DNA from: Opitutus sp. GAS368 | GTDB taxonomy: Bacteria > Verrucomicrobiota > Verrucomicrobiia > Opitutales > Opitutaceae | Direction: 5' to 3' | Assembly (NCBI GenBank): GCA_945861645.1 | Contig: CAMAVZ010000031.1 | Location: 1-17,900, forward strand | Length of the DNA stretch: 17,900 bases | Shown: one piece after another, positions 1 through 7,703 of the stretch | Layout of the letters: every line of letters begins with the position of its first letter | Numbering within the stretch: position 1 is the stretch's first letter | Notes under the pieces: model-generated | What the model was told of the DNA's origin: nothing | Seen by the model: the letters and a program-made list of their open reading frames with translations, nothing else | Database searches by the model: none | Position numbers and translations under genes: made by a program

Positions 1-659
1 GGCTTTGGCCCTTGCGTGCTGGGGGTGGGGTTGAGCGGATTAGCTTGATTGAGGACCGTAGCCTTCGGACCCCAGTTTGCGGTGTCATTCGGCGTGCGAC
101 CGGGCTTCTCATTACTCCAGGCCGGGGTGCTCGCTTGGCCGGCTTTTTCGCGGGCGGCGCGCATTTGCGCATAGCTTAATGTGCTCGTGAATAAAATTTG
201 GGTGCCGTCGGGGGACCACAGAGGATTACCGGCGCCGGTGGGGATTTTAGTTAAAGGCAGCGCCTCGCCACCCGCGAGCGAGAGGAGATAGATTTGCGGC
301 TTTTCTTTTTCAACACTGCGGACAAAGGCCAGCTGATTGCCTTGGGGCGACCAGGTCGGTTGCGCCTGAGTGGCGGAGCCAAAGGATAAGGGGCGTGGTG
401 GGCTGCTCCCATCGACGGCTGCCAGCCATAATTGCGTGCGGTAAGATCCATCATGCTGGGACTCAGGGAGCGGCTCGATCGAGCGCACGAGATAGGCGAC
501 CCAGCGTCCATCGGGGGAGAGCGCGGGACTTTCGATCTGCTTCAGGTTAAATAAATCTGAGGCCGTGATTAGCGTGGGCGCAGGGCGAGCCAAGCTTTCG
601 GCGCGGAGTGGGATCAGCAGGCTGACGAGCGTGAGCATGCAACTAAGGAGAAGTGCCAT
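1..659 (-). CDS. Secreted S9-family peptidase (dipeptidyl/acylaminoacyl peptidase type), N-terminal beta-propeller part; runs off the left window edge
   Basis: Not in the ORF track. Manual translation from ATG at 659 stays open to base 1: MALLLSCMLTLVSLLIPLRAESLARPAPTLITASDLFNLKQIESPALSPDGRWVAYLVRS...QPTWSPQGNQLAFVR...PQIYLLSLAGGEA...NPLWSPDGTQILFTS. Hydrophobic signal peptide plus three PD40/WD40-like SPDG-type repeats typical of S9 peptidase N-termini. The catalytic domain is outside the window. Confidence 0.8.
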   Translation of the reverse strand, partial: MALLLSCMLTLVSLLIPLRAESLARPAPTLITASDLFNLKQIESPALSPDGRWVAYLVRSIEPLPESQHDGSYRTQLWLAAVDGSSPPRPLSFGSATQAQPTWSPQGNQLAFVRSVEKEKPQIYLLSLAGGEALPLTKIPTGAGNPLWSPDGTQILFTSTLSYAQMRAAREKAGQASTPAWSNEKPGRTPNDTANWGPKATVLNQANPLNPTPSTQGPK

Positions 660-704
660 AAGGCTGGCATCCTGTGAATTCTCCTGCTTCTGTCCAAGCG
701 AATC

Positions 705-1976
705 ATGCCGCAAAATCGTTTCTACAACGCCTTTGACCTACAGGAGTGGGGTAGCAGTCGCAAAACCGACTACCGCAGCCCTTTTCAAATCGATCGTGAT
801 CGCATCATTCACGCGCACGCTTTTCGCAAGCTGCAGTCGAAGACGCAGGTTTTTCTCTCGGGCGAGTATGATTTTTATCGCACGCGGCTGACTCATTCAA
901 TGGAAGTGGCGCAGATTGGTCGTTCCATTTGCGCTTTTTTACTGAGCCGTGGCGGACCGCTCGCGGATGATTTTTATATTGATGCCGATCTCGTTGAGGC
1001 CAGTTGCTTGTCACACGATCTGGGGCATCCGCCCTTTGGTCATTCGGGCGAGCGGACGCTGCAGGAATTAATGAAGCGCCGGGGCGGCTTTGAGGGTAAC
1101 GCGCAGACCCTGCATTTGCTCTGTGAGTCGATTTATCAAAATGAATCAGGGCTGAAAGGGATGCAGCCGACTCGGGCGCTCCTTGACGGGGTGTTGAAAT
1201 ATAAAAAACTCTACACCGAATTTGCGACACCGCCGCTCAATCATTTTATTTATGATGCGCAGGCGCCGGTGCGCGCTTGGGTTTTTGACGGCCTAAAGAT
1301 TCCTGGTCCGCTCATGGAGGGGGAGGCCCTGAATGATTTTAAAAGCGTGGAATGTCAGATTATGGATTGGGCCGATGACGCCGCTTATTCGCTGAATGAC
1401 ATCGTGGATGGAGTGCGCGCCGGATTTCTCACGGTCGAGCGCGTTGAGCGCTGGGCCGATGGGGAGACTATCGGAGCCGCGGAACAGCGCCATCTCGATA
1501 CGCTGATTGACGCCATCAAGCGGGATAAATTGGAAAATACTTTTTCACGCAAAATCGGTACTTTTATTCAAGCCTGCCATTTAAAGGTGCGGGATAATTT
1601 TATGGCGGAGAAAACTAACCGCTATAAATACGACTTAGTGCTTGAGCCCACGGCACGGAGTGAGGCGAATTTTTTCAAAAAAATGGCGAACGATATTATT
1701 TTTGAAAGTCCGCAACTGGAGCAGTTGGAGCACAAGGCGCGGGTGATCATCATGGCGCTCTATCATGCGATTTGGTCAAATTACGCGGAGCGCAACGAAC
1801 GGGTGATTCGTATCTTGCCGCCCCACGTCAGTCGGCTGATTGAGGCAGAGAAAACTCAGGACGGCAAAGCTCGCCGGATTTGCGATTTTCTCTCGGGCCA
1901 AACCGACGGCATGGTGGTGCGCACCTATCGGCAGTTATTCGACGCTGAGTTTGGCAGCTTTCGGGATTTGCACTAA
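705..1976 (+). CDS. dgt: Deoxyguanosinetriphosphate triphosphohydrolase-like protein (dGTPase, HD superfamily)
   Basis: 423 aa with family motifs RSPFQIDRDRIIH, FRKLQSKTQVF, RTRLTHSMEV, HDLGHPPFGHSGE, FEGNAQT, MDWADDAAY and C-terminal DFLSGQTD. Confidence 0.92.
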   Translation: MPQNRFYNAFDLQEWGSSRKTDYRSPFQIDRDRIIHAHAFRKLQSKTQVFLSGEYDFYRTRLTHSMEVAQIGRSICAFLLSRGGPLADDFYIDADLVEASCLSHDLGHPPFGHSGERTLQELMKRRGGFEGNAQTLHLLCESIYQNESGLKGMQPTRALLDGVLKYKKLYTEFATPPLNHFIYDAQAPVRAWVFDGLKIPGPLMEGEALNDFKSVECQIMDWADDAAYSLNDIVDGVRAGFLTVERVERWADGETIGAAEQRHLDTLIDAIKRDKLENTFSRKIGTFIQACHLKVRDNFMAEKTNRYKYDLVLEPTARSEANFFKKMANDIIFESPQLEQLEHKARVIIMALYHAIWSNYAERNERVIRILPPHVSRLIEAEKTQDGKARRICDFLSGQTDGMVVRTYRQLFDAEFGSFRDLH

Positions 1977-2026
1977 AGAGATCGCCGGCAATTCTGGTCC
2001 GCTCGTGGGGTGGGCGATGCGCGAAA

Positions 2027-2638
2027 TTATTTTTTAGGCGCGGGGGCCAGATGGCCCTGCACCACCGCTTCGTCGATCATTTTTACCGCGTAGGCCCACA
2101 GCTCGGTGGAACCGTTGGCCACATGCGCATTGCGGGCGAGAACTCGGTCCTGCGTGATGCCGTGTTTTTGCCAGGCATGGCCCGCGGTTTGGCAATTGAG
2201 CAGCATGGGATGAAAGCGATCGCAGGCGGCAGCGAACCGAGCTTCGGGGGTTTGCTGCGCTTCAAATTCATCCCATAAGGCACGGAATTCAGCGGTTTGA
2301 TCAGCGGGTAGCAGGCCAAAAATACGAGTGGCCGCAAGCGCTTCGCGGTCATGCTGGTCGGCCATGTTTTTGATATCATAGGCGAAGGTATCACCAGCAT
2401 CAATTTCGACGAGATCATGAATTAGCACCATCTTAAGGATGCGCAGTACGTCGAGCGGTTGATGATTGGAGTGCTCCGCGAGTACGATAACCATGAGCGC
2501 GAAGTGCCAGGAATGTTCGGCACTGTTTTCAGCCCGGCGACTATTGATGACAATGGTTTGTCGAAAGACCTCCTTGAGGCGGTCAACTTCGACAATAAAA
2601 GCAACCTGGCGGCGGAGTCGTTCGGCGGCGACGTTCAT
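2027..2638 (-). CDS. HD-domain phosphohydrolase (YfbR/HDDC2-like 5'-deoxynucleotidase family)
   Basis: Motifs ENSAEHSWH, LIHDLVEIDAGD, LWDEFEAQQTPEARFA. Start placed at ATG 2638 (203 aa) because it forms an ATGA overlap with the stop of the upstream SGNH gene; the ORF track's 2671 start is a GTG inside that gene. Confidence 0.85.
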   Translation of the reverse strand: MNVAAERLRRQVAFIVEVDRLKEVFRQTIVINSRRAENSAEHSWHFALMVIVLAEHSNHQPLDVLRILKMVLIHDLVEIDAGDTFAYDIKNMADQHDREALAATRIFGLLPADQTAEFRALWDEFEAQQTPEARFAAACDRFHPMLLNCQTAGHAWQKHGITQDRVLARNAHVANGSTELWAYAVKMIDEAVVQGHLAPAPKK

Positions 2639-3306
2639 GGCTGGAGGTAGGGCGCGAGTGTTTTGGTCCACACCGCGTAACCCGCCGGGAGCAGGTGTAA
2701 TCGGTCCGGCCGAAATAATTCGGGACGGGTTTGTCCTTGGTTATCAAGCAAGGGTGTCGCGACATCGACAAACCGGCACCGGGGATCCCGCGCACATTCC
2801 GCGGCAATCAGCTGATTGGTGAGTAGGACTTGGTTACGAATTTTAGCGCGGACGGGGCTTTCCTTAATCGCTAGAAAAATGATCGTGGTCGACGGCAGAC
2901 TGGCGTGAATCTTGCGGGTAAAAGCCCGAAAACGAGCGAGCACCGTGCTGGGCAATTGTCCGGCATTTAAATCATTTTCTCCGGCATACAGAACCACGAG
3001 TCGGGGATGATAAGGCAGGACCAGGCGGTCGGCATAGAAAACGCTATCGTATAATTCGGAGCCGCCAAAGCCGCGGTTGATCGAGATTATTCCTGGAAAA
3101 TCCTGGGCGAGGGTGGTCCAGTAACGAATGGAGGAACTGCCAATAAAGACGACGGCTCCCTGCGGCGGTGGGCGGGTTGTATCGTTGACCGTGAGAGCAT
3201 CAACCGCGTCGCGCCATTTCTCCGGCGCTGCTTGAAGTGACGCCGTACTGAGCAGTAAGGCCAAGCAGCAAAAGGAAAGAGAGGGGCGGAGTTGAAGCGG
3301 GAACAT
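2635..3306 (-). CDS. Secreted SGNH/GDSL-type esterase/lipase
   Basis: Block motifs FIGSSSI, NRGFGGS, YAGENDL, DRLH. Signal peptide after ATG 3306 (MFPLQLRPSLSFCCLALLLSTASLQA). The longer 3531 start overlaps the divergent peptidase and is unlikely. Confidence 0.85.
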   Translation of the reverse strand: MFPLQLRPSLSFCCLALLLSTASLQAAPEKWRDAVDALTVNDTTRPPPQGAVVFIGSSSIRYWTTLAQDFPGIISINRGFGGSELYDSVFYADRLVLPYHPRLVVLYAGENDLNAGQLPSTVLARFRAFTRKIHASLPSTTIIFLAIKESPVRAKIRNQVLLTNQLIAAECARDPRCRFVDVATPLLDNQGQTRPELFRPDRLHLLPAGYAVWTKTLAPYLQP

Positions 3307-3408
3307 TACGGCGGACACCAAGCGAGGAAGCGGCTGAAGGCAATCGCGGAGAATGGCGCACCGTAGGCGGAGGCTTGCGCTGGGTTCGATTCTGGGTTTT
3401 TTGAGAAA

Positions 3409-5565
3409 ATGCACAAATTTGCCTGTTTGGTTTTGCTCGCTGCCTTCATTCCTCAGTCGATCGCCGCTATCGCGACCCAAAAATATCCCGTCAGCCCAAA
3501 GGGAGAACACGTTGATGTTTATCATGGGCAAAAAGTGGCTGATCCCTACCGTTGGCTGGAAGCCCTCGATTCACCGGCAACCCAGGAGTGGGTGGCAGCG
3601 CAAAATGCACTCACTGACGCAACCTTAGCGCAAATGCCCGAGCGGGCCGTGATTAAGCAACGGCTCACCGAACTCTGGAATTACCCGCGCACGGGGCTCC
3701 CGTTCAAAGAAGCGCAGTGGTATTTTTTTACTAAAAACAATGGGCTGCAAAATCAGTCGCCCTTATTCGTCCAAGCGGGCTTGGCCGGTACCCCGCGGGT
3801 CTTGTTAGATCCCAATACTCTTTCCGCTGATGGCACCACGGCGCTTGCGCTGACGGCCCCATCGCCGGATGGGCGTTGGCTGGGTTATGGTTTGGCGCGC
3901 GGGGGTTCCGATTGGCGTGAGTTGCGGTTGCGGGATATCGCATCCGGTTTAGATACCACGGATACCATTAAGTGGGCAAAATTTACTGGTCTAAGTTGGA
4001 CCCACGATAGCCAAGGTTTTTTTTACGCCCGTTACCCCGAGCCGGCGGGCGGAGATAGCAAAGTTTTCCGCAAACTTGAAAATCGCGCGATTTATTACCA
4101 TCGCGTGGGTATGCCGCAGTCGGCTGACCAGCTCGTCTTCGCCTTGCCCGAACACCCGACGTGGAATTTCGGCGGGACGGTTTCCCCTGACGGCCGCTAT
4201 CTGGTGATCGCAATTTCCCAACCCGGCAAGTTGGGCAACAGCATTTACTATCTCGATCTGCTCTCGGCGCAGCAGCCGCAGTTCACCGGACCAGTCGTGA
4301 AATTAATTGATGCTTTTACCAGCAGCTATGATTTTCTGGGCAATCAAGCCGGCCGTTTTTATTTTACCACTGATCAAGCGGCGGCGCGGGGCAAAATTGT
4401 AGCCTGGCCGCTGGACGGAAGCGCCCCAGTCACGGTTATCGCGGAATCGCCGGATGCCATGGAGCGCGCTCGAATTTCGGCGGGTCACTTGGTGGTGATT
4501 TATATGCATGATGCGGTAAATCGCGTGGCGCTGTTTACCCTCGACGGTCAGCCGGCGGACGAAATCCCGCTGCCGGGGTTGGGTTCAGTGGCGGCGATTT
4601 CGGGGCAATTTAATGATCCGGAATTATTTATTGGCTATTCTTCGTATCTCGCGCCGGGCGTCGTGCTGCGGCATAATTTAGGCACGCATAAAACCGAGAT
4701 TTATCACGAAACTAAAATCGATTTTGACCCGACGCAGTATGAGGTGAACCAAGTTTTTTTCTCCTCCAAGGACGGCACCAAAATTCCGATGTTTCTGGTG
4801 CATCAAAAAAATCTTCCGCGCGATGGCAGGGCGCCCACGTGGCTCTATGGTTATGGTGGATTTAATATTTCCTTTAAACCTACTTTCACCGTGCCGCCGC
4901 TGGCGTGGATTGAACGCGGAGGAATTTACGCCTATGTTTGTCTGCGCGGCGGTGGAGAATATGGGGACGAATGGCATAAAGCTGGAACGAAAGAGCGAAA
5001 GCAGAACGTGTTTGATGACTATATCGGCGCGGCGGACTGGCTCGTTGCGCAGGGCTATACGGCGCATAAAAAATTAGTGTTGGATGGCCGCTCGAATGGC
5101 GGACTTTTACTGGGGGCCGTCGTTAATCAACGCCCTGATCTGGCGGCGGCGGCCGTACCGGCGGTGGGCGTGATGGATATGCTGCGCTTTCATAAATTTA
5201 CCGTCGGCGCTGGTTGGGCCTCAGATTATGGCAACTCAGACACGCCGGAAGGTTTTCGCTACCTGATCGCGTATTCGCCGTTGCATACCATCAAGGCCGG
5301 CGCGGCGTATCCGGCGATTTTGGTGACCACCGGTGATCACGATGATCGCGTCTTTCCGGCGCATTCCTACAAGTACACTGCGACCGCGCAGGCCTTAGCG
5401 GATCCAACGAGTGGCCCTATCTTGATTCACATCGAAGCGAATGCCGGCCACGGCGGTTCTAGTGGCACGTCGCCGGTCTCAAAAACGATCGAGGACTGGG
5501 CTTTGCGCATGGGCTTTGGCGCGCATTTCACGGGCTGGCTTTGGCCTACCCCGGCGCAGCCGTGA
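3409..5565 (+). CDS. Prolyl oligopeptidase (S9A) with signal peptide
   Basis: 718 aa; VADPYRWLE N-terminus, beta-propeller, YGYGGF, RGGGEYG, catalytic Ser in GRSNGG, Asp in DHDDRV, His in AGHG. Confidence 0.95.
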   Translation: MHKFACLVLLAAFIPQSIAAIATQKYPVSPKGEHVDVYHGQKVADPYRWLEALDSPATQEWVAAQNALTDATLAQMPERAVIKQRLTELWNYPRTGLPFKEAQWYFFTKNNGLQNQSPLFVQAGLAGTPRVLLDPNTLSADGTTALALTAPSPDGRWLGYGLARGGSDWRELRLRDIASGLDTTDTIKWAKFTGLSWTHDSQGFFYARYPEPAGGDSKVFRKLENRAIYYHRVGMPQSADQLVFALPEHPTWNFGGTVSPDGRYLVIAISQPGKLGNSIYYLDLLSAQQPQFTGPVVKLIDAFTSSYDFLGNQAGRFYFTTDQAAARGKIVAWPLDGSAPVTVIAESPDAMERARISAGHLVVIYMHDAVNRVALFTLDGQPADEIPLPGLGSVAAISGQFNDPELFIGYSSYLAPGVVLRHNLGTHKTEIYHETKIDFDPTQYEVNQVFFSSKDGTKIPMFLVHQKNLPRDGRAPTWLYGYGGFNISFKPTFTVPPLAWIERGGIYAYVCLRGGGEYGDEWHKAGTKERKQNVFDDYIGAADWLVAQGYTAHKKLVLDGRSNGGLLLGAVVNQRPDLAAAAVPAVGVMDMLRFHKFTVGAGWASDYGNSDTPEGFRYLIAYSPLHTIKAGAAYPAILVTTGDHDDRVFPAHSYKYTATAQALADPTSGPILIHIEANAGHGGSSGTSPVSKTIEDWALRMGFGAHFTGWLWPTPAQP

Positions 5566-5704
5566 GGCGATCAGAGTCGCCGCACAAAATCTAAAGTTTG
5601 AACTGCCAGGGCGTTTCCCGAGGTTGGCTAGGGCCAAGCTGATCCGGCATGGCGGCAGTGCCGGGATCGTCCCCGAGACTTAATCGGGGAATCGCAGTGA
5701 GCGC

Positions 5705-6286
5705 TCAGTTTAGATTTTTATCCTTCCAATATTTCGTGCCTTGGAGGGTGGCTTGAAGCGCGAGACCATTCTTAGTTATTTGGTAAACTTCGACGCCAGG
5801 CATCACGGTATGGGCGCCAGCGAGGGCCGCGCCCTTATCGTCTGATTTAGCCGCGGCATCGGCTTGGCCGCTGAAGTCCCAGCCTCGATCGATAAACTGG
5901 GCCAGCTTATCGGGGTTAGTGAAAACAAACACTGCGCGGAAATCCTTGACGCCCAGACCGAAGCCCAGTCCGGCGGAGGCCATCTTCATGAAGGTTTCCG
6001 TATCTTGAAAGGTTCCGTGCTGGCTGATTAGGCCGTGACCGCCCGCAAAACTTGCGATCGCGAGATTAATACCGATATTGGAGAACACGGCGTAGCCGGC
6101 CGCATTCTTTATTTTCGTTTTCGCCTCAGGATGCAGTTGGTATAGATCAGCGAGCACGGCGTCGCGCATCGCGCGGACTTTGGACCGGCTGGCATCGATT
6201 TTGGCGTCGGCGCGGGCCAGTGGGGTGCTGGCGCCAAAAGCGAGGAGAAGGCAGGCTAGGAGGGGAATACGCATTAAAACTTTCAT
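5705..6286 (-). CDS. Exported SYLF/Ysc84-like (lipid-binding) domain protein
   Basis: From ATG 6286 (193 aa): signal peptide ending LARA, then AAGYAVFSNIG...GGHG...MASAGLGFGLGVKDFRAVFVF...YQITKNGLALQATLQGTKYW, matching bacterial Ysc84-related proteins. Confidence 0.75.
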   Translation of the reverse strand: MKVLMRIPLLACLLLAFGASTPLARADAKIDASRSKVRAMRDAVLADLYQLHPEAKTKIKNAAGYAVFSNIGINLAIASFAGGHGLISQHGTFQDTETFMKMASAGLGFGLGVKDFRAVFVFTNPDKLAQFIDRGWDFSGQADAAAKSDDKGAALAGAHTVMPGVEVYQITKNGLALQATLQGTKYWKDKNLN

Positions 6287-6293
6287 GGTGCAA

Positions 6294-6321
6294 AAACTAC
6301 GCACATCGCATCCGCGCGCAA
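6294..6321 (-). promoter_or_regulatory. Putative sigma70-type promoter, leaderless geometry, for the SYLF gene
   Basis: Minus strand TTGCGC-N16-TAGTTT-N7-ATG(6286); no SD. Confidence 0.5.
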
Positions 6322-6449
6322 AACTTTTCGAGCGGCGGCCCCGATTGGTTTTATTAATCCTGCGGAATAAAGCTGAACTGCCCCTGAAGGAACGCACTCA
6401 AAAAATTTAGTTATTACTTGCGCGCTGACTCAAATTTTGGCGGTGGCAT

Positions 6450-6477
6450 TTGCCAAGTCGACCGACCTCATTATCTC
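6450..6477 (+). promoter_or_regulatory. Putative promoter, leaderless geometry, for the alkene reductase
   Basis: TTGCCA(6450-6455)-N16-TATCTC(6472-6477)-N8-ATG(6486); no SD. Confidence 0.4.
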
Positions 6478-6485
6478 CCCTGATA

Positions 6486-7541
6486 ATGCCTTCGCTCCAC
6501 GCTTCGCTTCGCCTCGGTGCTCTGCAGCTGCCGAACCGTATTATTATGGCGCCACTCACGCGCTGCCGCGCGGGGGCCGGCCGCGTGCCGACGGAGCTCA
6601 TGCTAAAATATTATGGGCAGCGGGCTTCGGCCGGCTTGATTTTGTCCGAGGCCACGGCCGTGGATCCCATGGGGGTGGGTTATCCGGACACGCCGGGGAT
6701 TTGGTCGGAGGAGCAAGTGCTCGGATGGAAAAAAATTACCGCGGCGGTCCAAGCCGCCGGTGGGCGCATCGTGCTGCAGCTTTGGCACGTCGGTCGCGTA
6801 TCCGATCCATTTTACTTGAATGGAGCCATGCCAGTCGCCCCAAGCGCGATCGCGGCGGCGGGTAAGGTCAGTCTGATTCGACCCGCGAAAGCCTTCGTCA
6901 CCCCGCGTGCGTTGAAGCGCGCAGAGCTGCCAGAAATTATTGCGATGTTTCGGCACGGGGCGCAGCAGGCCTTGCGGGCTGGCTTCGATGGGGTCGAACT
7001 GCATGGAGCTAATGGGTATCTTTTGGATCAATTTTTGCAGGACAGCTCGAACGTGCGCACGGACGAGTATGGCGGCACAATCGCCAATCGGGCCCGCTTG
7101 CCGTTGGCGGTTACCGATGCGGTGATTAGCGTCTGGGGCGCGGATCGCGTGGGCTACCATCTCGCGCCACGCGGTGATGCGCATGGCATGGGGGATAGCG
7201 ATCGGTTGGGAACGTTTAGCTATTTGGCTACGGAATTAGGTAAGCGTAAGCTCGCATTTCTTTGTGCGCGTGAGTCGCTCGAGGAACCCCGGCTCGGACC
7301 AGCGCTCAAGCGCGCGTTTGGCGGGGTTTATATTGCGAATCAAGGGCACACGGTGGAGACGGCGCAGCAAGTGTTAGCAGCTGGTGAGGCGGACGCAGTC
7401 GCGTGGGGCCGGCTCTTCATTGCCAATCCTGACTTGCCGCATCGCTTGCAGATTGGGGCCGCGCTTAATACGCCTAATGTGGCCACATTTTATGGGGGCC
7501 AGGCTGAGGGCTACACGGATTACCCAGCCCTGCATGCTTGA
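6486..7541 (+). CDS. nemA: NADH:flavin oxidoreductase / alkene reductase (Old Yellow Enzyme, NemA-like)
   Basis: NRIIMAPLTRCRA, YYGQRASAGLILSEAT, QLWHVGR, catalytic ELHGANGYLLDQFL, RTDEYGG, FYGG..GYTDYP. ATG at 6486 gives 351 aa. Confidence 0.92.
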   Translation: MPSLHASLRLGALQLPNRIIMAPLTRCRAGAGRVPTELMLKYYGQRASAGLILSEATAVDPMGVGYPDTPGIWSEEQVLGWKKITAAVQAAGGRIVLQLWHVGRVSDPFYLNGAMPVAPSAIAAAGKVSLIRPAKAFVTPRALKRAELPEIIAMFRHGAQQALRAGFDGVELHGANGYLLDQFLQDSSNVRTDEYGGTIANRARLPLAVTDAVISVWGADRVGYHLAPRGDAHGMGDSDRLGTFSYLATELGKRKLAFLCARESLEEPRLGPALKRAFGGVYIANQGHTVETAQQVLAAGEADAVAWGRLFIANPDLPHRLQIGAALNTPNVATFYGGQAEGYTDYPALHA

Positions 7542-7703
7542 GTTTACGATCGTCGGGGGGGGTGACGCCTAAGGGCAATTTTTTAGCATTGGGGTGGCGG
7601 CGCATCATCACGGCCGAGGCTAAGTCATAAAATTGATTCAGTCGCGGTAGAATTAATCCTGCAAGGTTGCCTTTTCGGCGCGCGCCCTGCTTGTTGGCCC
7701 TGC

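Noticed and set aside
3307..3531. 75 aa N-terminal extension of the SGNH ORF in the track
   Set aside because: Overlaps the divergent prolyl oligopeptidase and buries the signal peptide; ATG 3306 fits better.
6287..6397. Extended start of the SYLF ORF and glycine-riboswitch-like CTGAAGGA text
   Set aside because: Signal peptide begins at 6286. The GGAGA and CTCTCAGG elements and paired stems of a glycine riboswitch are absent.
7555..7562. G8 homopolymer as a phase-variation tract
   Set aside because: Short, just downstream of the OYE stop and about 100 nt from the putative serA promoter; no evident effect of length change.
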